A stretch of 64,000 bases of DNA. Source: Verrucomicrobiota bacterium. Lineage in GTDB: Bacteria; Verrucomicrobiota; Verrucomicrobiia; Limisphaerales; AAA164-E04. The notes beneath the pieces were generated by a model. The model was not told the DNA's origin. It saw only the letters and a program-made list of their open reading frames with translations, and searched no databases. The position numbers and the translations under genes are program-made. The stretch covers positions 2,075,218 to 2,139,217 of the forward strand of contig CP170459.1 in assembly GCA_047947115.1 (NCBI GenBank), written 5' to 3'. Positions 1 to 9,556 of this stretch are shown one piece after another. Every line of letters begins with the position of its first letter. Position 1 is the first letter of the stretch.

Positions 1-1
1 A

Positions 2-2869
2 TCGCGCAACTCTGCCTTGGGATGGCCCGGGGCTGACCTTCATGTCACGGAATGCGTTGGAGAACGAGGTGAGGGAGGTTTTGACTTTTTTGCGAACCCT
101 ACTCCCGGAGGTCCGAACGACACCGCGCACGGTCTGCCGGTTTTGGAGCGGGTTGAATTCTTTCCTCCCAGCCGGACCTTTACCGGTTCGCTTGAGTTAT
201 CCCTTTCTGGTGGTGTCGAAGGCGACGTGATTCGCTATACAACGAACGGTCAGATCCCGACTGAATCGTCCACGAGGTATAACGGCAGCCCGATCATGCT
301 GACCCGTAGCACACAGGTGCGTGCGAGACTATTTCGTACCCTGCGCGCAGCTGGCCCGGTGAGTTCAGGCGCTTGGACATCCATTGATTCCAGCCTGCAA
401 AACTTTACCTCGAACCTGCCTTTGATTGTTTTGGATAACTTCGACAGAGGCTCCGTCACCAGCGGCCCCGATCCGGAACCAGGCTACTTCACGCTATTGC
501 AACCAATCGAAGAAGGCATCACTCAATTGGTTGGTGCGCCCCAGGACGCGCATCGTATGGGATTCAAACGTCGTGGCGCCAGTACGTTAAACGATGCCAA
601 AGGAAACTACCGGATTGAATTCCGGCAGCAGGACAGTGAGGAAGATCAAAACGTCAATTTGCTGGGGCTTTCAAAACATCCGGAATGGATTCTGTTTGCT
701 CCATACCGTTTTGATCGTTCCCTCGTTCGAATCCCTTTCATTCATCAACTCAGCAACAACATTGGTGAATACGCTCCACGATCTGTTCCTGTGGAGGTTT
801 TTCTCAGCACCAGTGGCGGTCGGGTCAGTGAAAGCGATTATCAGGGAGTTTACGTGCTCCAGGAACGGATTTCGCGGGATAAGGACCGGGTAGACATCTC
901 CCGACTCGGACCCGAAGATACCGAAGAACCGGATGTCACCGGCGGATACATTCTGAGCATTGACCGTCGCGATCCCGGAGACAATGGTTTCCGCTCAAGC
1001 CTGGGACATCCAGAAGATCCCGCCATTGCCGGTCCCCAACCCTGGTTCAACTTTGTCTATCCCAAGGAATCCAACATCCTTCCGGAGCAGCGTGACTATA
1101 TCATGGGATACATCGACGAAATGGAATCCGCACTCTACTCCCCCAACTTCAAAGATCCAATGGAGGGTTATGCCAATTGGATCGATGTGGATTCCTTCAT
1201 TGGGCATCACCTCCTGGTTACCTTCACCAAAGATCCCGATGCGCTGCGCCTCAGCACATACATGAATAAACCGCGGAATGAGAAGCTGCGAATGGGGCCG
1301 ATCTGGGATTTCGACCGAACCATGGGGAATGACGCGGACGGTCGCTCCGGGAACCCGGAAGGGTGGGATCCCCCGTTTGAGACGGCTCAGTTTTTCCTAT
1401 ACGATTGGTGGGGGCAGCTCTTTAAGGATCCAAATTTTTTCCAGGCTTGGATTGATCGCTGGCAAGCATTGCGCGAAAGTGAGATGAGCGACACAAAGCT
1501 CACGGAACTGGTGAGCCACTTCGCCGTGCAGGTCGAAGCCACGCAGGAACGTAACTTTGTTCGTTGGCCCGAGGTTTCCCCAAACGGCGGAGAATTTTCA
1601 AATCTGCCCGGATGGGAAGGGGAAGTGGATCATTTGAAACAGTGGCTGGTCCGGCGAGCGGCTTGGATTGACAGTCAGTTTCCCTCAAAACCGACATTCA
1701 GCCAGGCGGGTGGTTCATTCACGCCGGGCACCTTGCTTTCTATTTTTTCGACGGGGAACGATGTATACTACACGACAGACGATACGGACCCCAGAGCATC
1801 GGGAGGTTCCCCATCCAATACGGCAATCAAACAAACGTCTCCTGAATCAGCCTTCGAACTGAACCGGTCGGTTGTCATTACAGCTCGAGCCTTCAACGGA
1901 ACCGACTGGAGCAGCCCGGTTCGCAGAGTCTTCGTCACGGGGGCAACGCCCTCCAAAGCAAACCTTGTCATCAGTGAACTCCATTATCACCCATTGGACC
2001 CAACAGCGACCGAGATCGCCGATGGCTGCACGGATGCCGATATGTTCGAATTCATTGAGTTGACAAATATTGGCAATGAATCGCTTGATTTATCCGGCGT
2101 TCACTTCAGCGATGGCTTGGAGTTCGAGTTTGCACCGCAAGGATTGGGGGCCCCTGAGATGGCTCCTGGAGATTCTTTGGTGCTGGTAAAGAACCTGGAA
2201 GCATTCGAATCGAGGTATCATCAAAGCTTGGCGCGAATCCAAATAGGCGGAGTTTACAATCTGAACTTAAGTAATGGGGGAGAGCTGATTCAACTGCTCG
2301 ATGCAAATGGAAATGAGATCCAAAGTTTCGCCTACGGAGATTCATCGCCCTGGCCCGACACCCCTGATGGTACCGGGCCAAGCCTGGTCTTAAGCGACGT
2401 CTGGACCAATCCTGATCCCTCCCTGCCGGAAAACTGGAAACCAAGTTTCAACTTCGGAGGCACTCCTGGTACGATCGAAACAGGAACAGGCGGTTTCACC
2501 GGAGATCCTTTCGCAGATACCGACGGCAACGGGTTTGCCGACCTTTTTGATTATGCCTTCGGCAGCTCTTCAAATCCCGGCCAATTGACCTTGCCGACAG
2601 CTTTGATCGTTCGCATTCCTGACGAGATCGAAAACGCTGAATACTTTGCGATTCAATATCACCGGAATCCTGACGCAACAGACCTGGGCTTCTCACTGGA
2701 AGGATCATCCGACATGCTCTCCTGGAACAGTGTTGATGAAGATTTTCAGCATATTGAATCCACGATCCAACCGGACAATACTATTCGAGAAACATATCGC
2801 GCCCACACGCCCATTCTGCACGACGATCGCATGTTTATAAGAGTTGCCATCCACCTGAATCAGCCTTGA
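2..2869 (+). CDS. CotH kinase-family protein with chitobiase-type Fn3-associated modules and a lamin-tail domain; 5' end probably outside the window
   Basis: ORF 17..2869. The frame stays open back to nt 2 and there is no signal peptide, so the gene is likely truncated at the window edge. CotH-like core strings: PRSVPVEVFLS...YQGVYVLQERI and GPIWDFDRTMGN. Two modules of the type GDVIRYTTNGQIP / NDVYYTTDDTDP. Lamin-tail-like LVISELHYHP...FEFIELTN...GVHFSDG. Acidic DTDGNGFADLFDYAFG stretch and a C-terminal ...LSWNSV...MFIRV module. Confidence 0.8.
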   Translation, partial: SRNSALGWPGADLHVTECVGERGEGGFDFFANPTPGGPNDTAHGLPVLERVEFFPPSRTFTGSLELSLSGGVEGDVIRYTTNGQIPTESSTRYNGSPIMLTRSTQVRARLFRTLRAAGPVSSGAWTSIDSSLQNFTSNLPLIVLDNFDRGSVTSGPDPEPGYFTLLQPIEEGITQLVGAPQDAHRMGFKRRGASTLNDAKGNYRIEFRQQDSEEDQNVNLLGLSKHPEWILFAPYRFDRSLVRIPFIHQLSNNIGEYAPRSVPVEVFLSTSGGRVSESDYQGVYVLQERISRDKDRVDISRLGPEDTEEPDVTGGYILSIDRRDPGDNGFRSSLGHPEDPAIAGPQPWFNFVYPKESNILPEQRDYIMGYIDEMESALYSPNFKDPMEGYANWIDVDSFIGHHLLVTFTKDPDALRLSTYMNKPRNEKLRMGPIWDFDRTMGNDADGRSGNPEGWDPPFETAQFFLYDWWGQLFKDPNFFQAWIDRWQALRESEMSDTKLTELVSHFAVQVEATQERNFVRWPEVSPNGGEFSNLPGWEGEVDHLKQWLVRRAAWIDSQFPSKPTFSQAGGSFTPGTLLSIFSTGNDVYYTTDDTDPRASGGSPSNTAIKQTSPESAFELNRSVVITARAFNGTDWSSPVRRVFVTGATPSKANLVISELHYHPLDPTATEIADGCTDADMFEFIELTNIGNESLDLSGVHFSDGLEFEFAPQGLGAPEMAPGDSLVLVKNLEAFESRYHQSLARIQIGGVYNLNLSNGGELIQLLDANGNEIQSFAYGDSSPWPDTPDGTGPSLVLSDVWTNPDPSLPENWKPSFNFGGTPGTIETGTGGFTGDPFADTDGNGFADLFDYAFGSSSNPGQLTLPTALIVRIPDEIENAEYFAIQYHRNPDATDLGFSLEGSSDMLSWNSVDEDFQHIESTIQPDNTIRETYRAHTPILHDDRMFIRVAIHLNQP

Positions 2870-2944
2870 ACTGCGTCACACATGACGTTATGATCCTGCG
2901 GTCGGGAATAGGTGATTTACTGGGGGAATCGTGGCTAGTACGTA

Positions 2945-3367
2945 TTATTCATCCTTTTGCACAATACCTACCGTTGCAACTTCCAGTGTAATGACTTGAT
3001 CACGCTTCTGAGTTGTGATTTTGAAGGCAACTTCTTTTGCGCCGTCGATGTTCTCCAAGTCCATATACGCTGGAACATTGCTTAATGACTTACCTGTCCT
3101 TGAAGTGTAGGTAATGTAACGCCTTATAGTACATGCTTTGCAGTGGATGGTTTGCCCACACCCTCCTGGTAGTTGATGATTTTCGCATGAAAAGACTTCT
3201 CCTCCCAATTTTCCCTGCATTGATTGCCTATCCGCTCCCAAAAAATTTTCAGCGGATCGATTTGCAGAAATGACTCTTGCATTTCCATCAACGACAAAGA
3301 CGGGAGTCTGTATGGAGTCAATAAACTCCTGCATGGGCTGCCCGGATCCTGCCATGAGTCTGCCCAA
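2945..3367 (-). CDS. small stand-alone PAS-like domain protein with a Cys cluster
   Basis: 140-aa ORF. PAS-like start (IDSIQTPVFVVDGNARVISANRSAENFLG), then FSCENHQLPGGCGQTIHCKACTI (C-x9-C-x5-C-x2-C). No output domain. The exact start (3367 or an internal Met) is uncertain. Confidence 0.5.
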   Translation of the reverse strand: MGRLMAGSGQPMQEFIDSIQTPVFVVDGNARVISANRSAENFLGADRQSMQGKLGGEVFSCENHQLPGGCGQTIHCKACTIRRYITYTSRTGKSLSNVPAYMDLENIDGAKEVAFKITTQKRDQVITLEVATVGIVQKDE

Positions 3368-3434
3368 ACATTGCTTGCATATACCATGGCTTACTTTTTG
3401 TTCCTGTGTGCATTCAGAGCTAGAGGAATTGGAT

Positions 3435-3791
3435 TTGAAGAATTTAGCAACCGGAATCGCCTACCAGATGCGATTGAATTTCCAACAAGTCTATCGCAGT
3501 CGCAATGAGGTTACAGCGCGAAAAAACATGGTCAAATGGATAGGATGGGTAAAACGAAGGGCGAAAAAATCAGGGGATATGTTGGAACCAATGGTCAAGG
3601 TGGCAAACAGTATTGAACGTCACTTGGAAGGTATACTTGCTCATTGGAAAAAGAAACTGACCACAGCGTTCATGGAAGGATTGAATAGCGTTTTCAGCGC
3701 GGTCAAGCGGAAAGCCAGGGGCTTTCGCTCATCCGTATACATGACCACCATGCTTTACTTTGTAGCCGGTAAACTCAGAATCCCAGCTTAA
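3435..3791 (+). pseudogene. ISL3-family transposase, C-terminal fragment only (about 118 aa)
   Basis: Only the tail of ORF 3270..3791 looks like an ISL3 transposase C-terminus: ...GIAYQMRLNFQQVY...MVKWIGWVKRR...IERHLEGILAHWKKKLTTAFMEGLNSVFSAVKRKARGFRSSVYMTTMLYF. The N-terminal roughly 300 aa expected for this family are absent, and the first ~55 codons of the ORF are unrelated. Confidence 0.7.
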
Positions 3792-3820
3792 GTTAATTCC
3801 ACTGGAATTATCGAAGAACC
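3435..3820 (+). mobile_element. left-truncated ISL3-family insertion sequence remnant, including its right terminal sequence
   Basis: The transposase fragment is followed by ...attccactggaattatcgaagaacc, ending at 3820. Its reverse complement, GGTTCTTCGATAATTCCAGTGGAAT, resembles the GGCTCTTCG-type ISL3 terminal inverted repeat (from memory). No matching left end is present in the window. Confidence 0.5.
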
Positions 3821-4062
3821 TTAAATTTGTTCACCAACTCCAGTCGGATGGCTTCCAGAGTTGAAGAAATGTGCGCAAGGGCTTCGTTTCGATCCATCGT
3901 GTGATTGGCGCATACAACATCGAGATCGATAGAAAGGCGTAGCATGTTTCGAACAAACAGGTTGATTGCCGTGCCACCTTTCAAAATGAAGTGGGGATGT
4001 TTGAAAACGACTGGTGCCACTTCCAGAAGCAGGCGTGCCGCGTTGTGATAGTTCTCATTCAT
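3808..4062 (-). pseudogene. AbiEii/AbiGii-family nucleotidyltransferase toxin, N-terminal 84 aa only
   Basis: MNENYHNAARLLLEVAPVVFKHPHFILKGGTAINLFVRNMLRLSIDLDVV... matches the LKGGTA...RLS.DiDL N-terminal signature of AbiEii. The reading frame ends (..VLR-stop) inside the putative ISL3 terminal sequence at 3808-3820. Full-length toxins are several-fold longer. Confidence 0.65.
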
Positions 4063-4424
4063 CAGGGATTCAGAATAAGAGTCCGGCCATCTTTGAGACG
4101 TTTTACCCAACGACTGTTGCCATTTTTGCTTCCAACTGCTTGTCGTGCGGCTTCTGCCCAAGGCAGACTGAGTTCCTCAGCCCAGATCACGCACAAGCGG
4201 ACTGCCTTAATCATTCGGCAATGCTTGATCAAGGTCGAGAGCTGCTTGGTTCTCAGTTGGCGAACCGATTCCATGATGTTGCGAGTTTCTTCAAGGGATT
4301 CATGAGTGTCCAGTTCGCTGAGCATTTCCAGCAGAGCACGTTCCGGGGTTGATACCGTGGGGCCATTTGGAGAATTGTGCAATGGAGACAAACAGAAGCC
4401 GGCAGGTAAATGATCGTCGAACAA
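4062..4424 (-). pseudogene. AbiEi-family (type IV toxin-antitoxin) antitoxin, C-terminal part; N-terminal DNA-binding part apparently missing
   Basis: ...STPERALLEMLSELDTHESLEETRNIMESVRQLRTKQLSTLIKHCRMIKAVRLCVIWAEELSLPW... resembles the AbiEi_4 C-terminal half. Its stop abuts the start of the AbiEii fragment at 4062. At 120 aa it is roughly half the usual length. An upstream ORF in a different frame (4253..4522) suggests a frameshift or decay. Confidence 0.55.
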
Positions 4425-4678
4425 CTTGGATGATGTATATCGAGCTTGAAAACGGTCGGTAAACCACGACGGGAGAGAACCCTTCTTCTTATGTTATTCC
4501 ATTGTTCCATATCGGCATACATGCTCCTTTCTTAGCATGATGCCGCACTTTTCGACTGTCACTTTCCTGACCCCGACCCGCCGCACTTTTCGACTGGCGC
4601 CCACACCGGGAATCGGTGGTAAAAGAATCGACCGAATCTTGTGGAAAAGCTTGTTGTATGAAGGCAGCCAAATAAGTC

Positions 4679-6613
4679 TTATTCTTGTCTGGTGGAAGTA
4701 TGCCCGAAGAATCGATCGACAAGTGCAGTGTCCAGAGGTCGTGTGATTTTCGAAACCAGCACGGTTGCAGCGAGGGAGCCGGCGATGTCCCACATAAAGG
4801 GTTGGATGCCGAGGAATGAGTAGACTTTGAACTCGTGGTGGATGACATACCCGGCTATGTAAAGAATCAGGTGGGTACCGCATCCTCCCAGCATCCCGGC
4901 AATGATGCCTGTCCGTGTGACTTTCGGCCAGTAAAGTGCGAGGGCCATGGGGATCAGGAAGCAACCCGCCAGTCCTCCGGTTGCAAAGACAATCAGGTTC
5001 TGCAGGTACTTCGGCGGATTCAATACGGCCAATACCGCGGCGAGACCGATCAGGGTTGTTACCAGATAGGTCAGCCATTTGATCGCTTTTTCTTTGGCGT
5101 TGGGATTGATGTGGTGTTGGTAAACATCGCGCACCACCCCGGATGAGACCATCAACAGAAAACTGTCCACACTACTCATCACTGCCGCAAATGGAGCTGC
5201 AACAATGAGTCCGGTCAACCAGGGCATGCCGGCATTGACCGAGAGGGTGCGGGCCATTTCAGGCATGATTCGATCGGGGTCTATTTCCATGCCGGGCAGA
5301 ATCACCCGCGCACAGCAGAATATTATGATCAATGGGAAATAAATGGCGGTGTAGTAAAGCGACACCACAATGATGGAGCGTTTGAGGACCCGGCTGTCGG
5401 TGAAGGCCATTTGGCGCACCATGTTGCTGGGCTGGCCTGCCCCGCCAAAAGCCCAGAAAACAAAGAAACTGAATGCCATGCCCAGAGAGAGAAAACCCAC
5501 GTCTTCCTTGGGGTGTGGGCCGGGAGGTCGGACGTAAACACCTGTTTGCCCTGCGCCGCTGGCATAAGGCGTATTGGACACCAGTGTCACGGTTCCCCAT
5601 TCTGAGAGGTTCAGCGATTGGTCGATGATTTTTTGTGGTGGATCCGGTTGGATCAGGACTTCCACTCCTTTCAGGTCAGCTTGACCTGCTTTCAGAATGG
5701 TATGATCTGCCACGCGAAGAATCTGATTGTCAGATGATTTAATCCAAACGCCTTTGGGAAGAGCCACGTCCTCTTCCAAAGGTGATTTCCATTGAATATC
5801 CACTTTCCCCATTTGAGGAGGTTCCATTTTTGCCAATTCCACTGTGGCTTTGCTGAGACCTCCCACCTGGCTCAATACCAGCACAAGCATGACCATGACT
5901 CCGATCACCATGACAATGCCTTGCATCACATCGGTCCAGACGACGGCACGAAAACCGCCGTAAGTCGTGTAAACAATGACGGTGCCTGCAAACAGGATCA
6001 GGCAAAGCAGGTAATCGGCGTCGGTTGCCTGCGTCAGGGCAAATTGACCTTTCCACCCGGCTACCCAGTTCACCGCGGTTTGAAAGGAATCGATATCCTT
6101 CAACAAAGTGGCAAGAATTTCGCTGCCGGCTTTGAATTGGGCCAACAGATAAAAGAACATGAAGAAAGTTAACAATCCTGTAGCTACCAATCCGACGGAA
6201 GGACTGCCGAAACGTTCCCTCAGGATGTCGGGAACAGTCACGGCATTGGCCTTTCTTGAAACCTGGTTCAGTCGTTTGGCAAGTAGTCCTGTCGTGACCA
6301 AAGGAACGATCATGTAACTCGCGATCCAAAGGGCGAGGATCCACCCGTGCGTATAGATCAACGCAGGGAACCCCATAAAACTTCCGCCCGACGCATTGGT
6401 GGCGGCAAACGTGAGGGCAAAGGCCCACATGCCCAGTCCTCGACTGCCGAGAAAGTATTCACTGACGAATTCCTTTTTGGAACTACGCACCCTGCCGGCC
6501 AACCAGGCAAGCCCGAACACCAGGAGCATGTAAGCAAAGAAACTTCCGAGGGCGGCGTTCTGGCCCTGGGAGTTTCCAATGGCGTTTTGGATGAGGTTTT
6601 CTAGAGATTGCAT
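4679..6613 (-). CDS. sodium:solute symporter family transporter (PanF-like) with a large extra-membrane insertion
   Basis: ORF 4679..6643. SSF hallmarks include EYFLGSRGLGMWAFALTFAATNASGGSFMGFP and many TM segments. An insertion of about 110 aa is non-hydrophobic (VDIQWKSPLEEDV...VRPPGPHPKED). The start is either ATG 6613 (MQSLENL) or TTG 6643, which overlaps the upstream stop. Confidence 0.85.
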   Translation of the reverse strand: MQSLENLIQNAIGNSQGQNAALGSFFAYMLLVFGLAWLAGRVRSSKKEFVSEYFLGSRGLGMWAFALTFAATNASGGSFMGFPALIYTHGWILALWIASYMIVPLVTTGLLAKRLNQVSRKANAVTVPDILRERFGSPSVGLVATGLLTFFMFFYLLAQFKAGSEILATLLKDIDSFQTAVNWVAGWKGQFALTQATDADYLLCLILFAGTVIVYTTYGGFRAVVWTDVMQGIVMVIGVMVMLVLVLSQVGGLSKATVELAKMEPPQMGKVDIQWKSPLEEDVALPKGVWIKSSDNQILRVADHTILKAGQADLKGVEVLIQPDPPQKIIDQSLNLSEWGTVTLVSNTPYASGAGQTGVYVRPPGPHPKEDVGFLSLGMAFSFFVFWAFGGAGQPSNMVRQMAFTDSRVLKRSIIVVSLYYTAIYFPLIIIFCCARVILPGMEIDPDRIMPEMARTLSVNAGMPWLTGLIVAAPFAAVMSSVDSFLLMVSSGVVRDVYQHHINPNAKEKAIKWLTYLVTTLIGLAAVLAVLNPPKYLQNLIVFATGGLAGCFLIPMALALYWPKVTRTGIIAGMLGGCGTHLILYIAGYVIHHEFKVYSFLGIQPFMWDIAGSLAATVLVSKITRPLDTALVDRFFGHTSTRQE

Positions 6614-6639
6614 GGGGTGTTTGCCGAGCCTTGCATGGG

Positions 6640-6954
6640 TCAATCTTGTTCCTCGGAGTTGGACTGGGAGGGATCTTCCAGCGGATCATCCTTCATGAAT
6701 TTTGAAGCAAACCCGATGATCACGATATTTGCTCCCAGCCAGGGAACGGCAATGCCCCAGAACACCCACTTTGGAAATCCGAGTATGATTTCTGTCGGAG
6801 TATCTTGAGCGGCACCATAGCCCAGCCAGGCGGATATGCCGACCACCCACAGTGCAAATGCCGCCCATATGATGAGTATCCAGAATGTTTCGCGTTTGGA
6901 GTTTAGAAATACCGGGTCAATGGATTTAGGCGAATGATGAGGCATGGGATACAA
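6640..6954 (-). CDS. small two-TM membrane protein, YhdT/DUF997-like partner of the symporter
   Basis: 104-aa ORF with two hydrophobic helices (FWILIIWAAFALWVVGISAWLG; WVFWGIAVPWLGANIVIIGFA). It lies immediately upstream of the PanF-like gene and abuts it, as yhdT-panF does in E. coli (established synteny). Confidence 0.55.
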   Translation of the reverse strand: MYPMPHHSPKSIDPVFLNSKRETFWILIIWAAFALWVVGISAWLGYGAAQDTPTEIILGFPKWVFWGIAVPWLGANIVIIGFASKFMKDDPLEDPSQSNSEEQD

Positions 6955-6960
6955 TTCGAA

Positions 6961-8064
6961 TCAAGGTTTCCAAATGGGCGTTTTAACTGAATACGCGAAG
7001 GATTCTCCACTCCAGTTCAACTCGGTGGTTTTCTCCCTCTCCATGGTTTGCATGTGGTTGATCAAGGTCTTCCATAGCAGTGTCCGTTCAAGTGGCCAGG
7101 CTGCCTCCTTGCCTTCCAGGAAAGGGATGATGCGTTCCATCAGGCGACTGTATTGGTGGTCGTTGGGTTTTGGTGGGCGATAAAATTGTGCCGACACCAT
7201 ATTGCCGTCCTTGGTTTGCGCCGCAAAATGATCGTCGTTCAGGACTCCGTCCATGGTGATGACCGTTGATTTCAATCCATCGTTATGCTCCAGGATCCAG
7301 GCTCGCGTTCCTTTTGCCATGTTGGGAATCATGCCCAGACCGACAATATCCTGAGTGCGCCCGTCGCTGGTTGCGTCGCCCAGTTTGCTGTTGGTGCGGG
7401 AGACGGCTGCAGAGAAAACGTCCCAGGAAAATTTCCCCTCGCGTGCCGCTTTCCAGACTTGGGCGCCTTCGAGGCGTTTGATGTTTGCGATACCGGATTC
7501 GCCGCCTCTCCGATGGGCGGTCAGTGCGAGTAATGCGTCGAGACCTTCCTGTTCGGCGTAGGGAAATGCTCCCCTCACTAAAACGACCACTTCCTTCAAG
7601 TCGGCGCCGACCGGAATATTCCGTTCCGGCAAACGCCAGGTCCAGGGCAAGGGGGTGCTGAATTGAACTTGCATACGACTTTCTTTGACAAAGGAGGACA
7701 TCACTTCTTGTGAAAGCCCTCCGGACGGACCCACAACCCAGCCTGGTTTGCTGGAGCCGTATTTGTCCGCAATTGAATGCGTATACTGGGAACAGCACGC
7801 CCAACTGTCTTCTATGCCCGGCGCCAGAATCCAACAGTCGGCTTCCTCCAAGACATCTTTCATATCGTCGTGGATGACCAGTTTGGGAGTCCCTTTTCTG
7901 CTTTCCAATAGTTGCTTACGGGAAAGTCCGTGAACGAGAACAGATTCAAAAGGCGACTCAAAAAAACGACCTTCAGACGGCCAACCCGTGAGGCAACGAT
8001 CCAGGAGTTGTTGAGCGGGTGTATTCTGGTCGAGATAGACGCTTATTAATCCAAGTTTTTTCAT
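6961..8064 (-). CDS. hypothetical protein, cytoplasmic paralog of the upstream gene
   Basis: ORF 6961..8106; ATG at 8064 (MKKLGLISVYLD) is preferred over GTG 8106. Collinear similarity to 8099..9421, e.g. STPLPWTWRLPERNIPVGADLKE vs SSLPVTWRIPSVDIPWNADLHE, HRRGGESGI vs ERRAGGETGV, and WILEHNDGLKSTVITMDG vs YFIEHNDGFKTTLFMLNG. Confidence 0.6.
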   Translation of the reverse strand: MKKLGLISVYLDQNTPAQQLLDRCLTGWPSEGRFFESPFESVLVHGLSRKQLLESRKGTPKLVIHDDMKDVLEEADCWILAPGIEDSWACCSQYTHSIADKYGSSKPGWVVGPSGGLSQEVMSSFVKESRMQVQFSTPLPWTWRLPERNIPVGADLKEVVVLVRGAFPYAEQEGLDALLALTAHRRGGESGIANIKRLEGAQVWKAAREGKFSWDVFSAAVSRTNSKLGDATSDGRTQDIVGLGMIPNMAKGTRAWILEHNDGLKSTVITMDGVLNDDHFAAQTKDGNMVSAQFYRPPKPNDHQYSRLMERIIPFLEGKEAAWPLERTLLWKTLINHMQTMEREKTTELNWSGESFAYSVKTPIWKP

Positions 8065-8098
8065 GCTGACTGTTTTCTTTGTTGCATGTTGCCTGCTC

Positions 8099-9421
8099 TT
8101 ATCCACGCCAATAAGTGGATAAAGGTTCGACCTGATATTGGACGTCCAGTTCCGGTGTGTTCAGTTTGACCTCTCCTCTGTAAAGCGATTCCACTCCGAA
8201 CAAAGTCATGCCTGATGTCAGTAAAGTGCGTTCCGGCGGATAGGTCGCCTTGCCGGACAGAATGGTTTCTTCAATGCGATGGGAGAGGGGATTGAAGAAA
8301 TCAGCTGTGGTGGTTTGTCTTGGAGGCATGGGAAGGTGCATTTGGCAGGAGGTGATCTTGCCATTGCCCATCATGCCGGCGTAAGTGAAATCCAATACGA
8401 GACCGTTCAACATGAACAATGTGGTTTTGAATCCATCGTTGTGTTCAATGAAATACGCAACGGCACCCGGGCTGGCTTGTTGTATCCAGTCCAATGTAGG
8501 AGGTTTGAATGACCATTCATTGGGCGCCTTGCATTGGTGGCTGCGAGCTAGCGCGGCCATTAAAAGTTCGCGTGTAGAGTCCCGTTTCTCCAGCAATGGC
8601 CAGATATCAGCTCCACGCACTGCGTGAACGGATTTGACGCCAGTTTCGCCTCCGGCTCTCCGTTCGGACATGCACTGTGCGGTTTCCAAACCGTGAATGT
8701 CATAAGAATCGATACCGCCGTAACACACGCTGACGCTCTCATGCAGGTCGGCATTCCAGGGAATGTCCACCGACGGAATCCTCCAGGTGACCGGCAAGGA
8801 TGAACCAGCCAGGAAGGCAAAATCGAGTCGTTTGGAATCTTCTACCATCTCGACACATTCATTCCAATCGGTAGAAAGATGTTTGTCGTTGAACACCGGA
8901 ACAGATCGTCCGCTGCTTTCGAACACCTCGATCATCTCCTTGAAAAACCGGTAACGAGGATAACGTTTTTGACCTTTGTCGTTGTTTGGGTAGTCCCCGT
9001 GTTCGGCGATGATGATCACACCATCGACATCCAGCTTGTTGCCTCCCTGCGTCAATGCCTCGGCAATGGTGGGGTAGATGGGAACTCCATGGCGTCGTTC
9101 ACGGTCCCTCGCGAGGTCGGTCTCGGGAAACTGGTCGACATAGAGCGAGGTCAGCTTGATGCGCGGATAGTAATGTTCCCCATGCCAACCGTAGCCTTCC
9201 AGTAATCGGTCGATAAAATGTTGGGCATGACTGTGCCTGCGCACCTCCGTGGCCAGCAATGCCACTCGGGGCGGGTTGCTGGGGTCCGGGTGCGATTTGC
9301 TGAACGCCGCGGACAATTGACCACAACCAGCCGCAACACTGGTCAGGGACAACGTTTTCAAGAACGTCCGACGATTCCACAACGTGGAAGCCTGGTCTGA
9401 ATATGGTATTGGATCATTCAT
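8099..9421 (-). CDS. hypothetical exported protein with a twin-arginine (Tat) signal; paralog of 6961..8064
   Basis: ORF 8099..9865, but a start at ATG 9421 gives MNDPIPYSDQASTLWNRRTFLKTLSLTSVAAGCGQLSAA, a Tat-type leader. The 148 upstream codons overlap the divergent promoter region and look non-coding. Confidence 0.65.
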   Translation of the reverse strand: MNDPIPYSDQASTLWNRRTFLKTLSLTSVAAGCGQLSAAFSKSHPDPSNPPRVALLATEVRRHSHAQHFIDRLLEGYGWHGEHYYPRIKLTSLYVDQFPETDLARDRERRHGVPIYPTIAEALTQGGNKLDVDGVIIIAEHGDYPNNDKGQKRYPRYRFFKEMIEVFESSGRSVPVFNDKHLSTDWNECVEMVEDSKRLDFAFLAGSSLPVTWRIPSVDIPWNADLHESVSVCYGGIDSYDIHGLETAQCMSERRAGGETGVKSVHAVRGADIWPLLEKRDSTRELLMAALARSHQCKAPNEWSFKPPTLDWIQQASPGAVAYFIEHNDGFKTTLFMLNGLVLDFTYAGMMGNGKITSCQMHLPMPPRQTTTADFFNPLSHRIEETILSGKATYPPERTLLTSGMTLFGVESLYRGEVKLNTPELDVQYQVEPLSTYWRG

Positions 9422-9556
9422 GAGCCGAAAGTCGGTTCTTGTCTGGGATGTGTCCGGATAGTGCCTTGATAAGAGGGAAACGTCAATCGGAATGGGGCGG
9501 TGGCTGTCCAAACTATTTCCTTTCAAATTTTTCTCATGCTCGTAGGTTTCAATGCC

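Noticed and set aside
4494-6428. Alternate-frame ORFs (4494..5078, 5739..6428, 5259..5600, and others) within the symporter gene.
   Set aside because: The 654-aa frame has clear sodium:solute symporter motifs and TM periodicity. The others are Arg/Pro/Gly-rich out-of-frame products.
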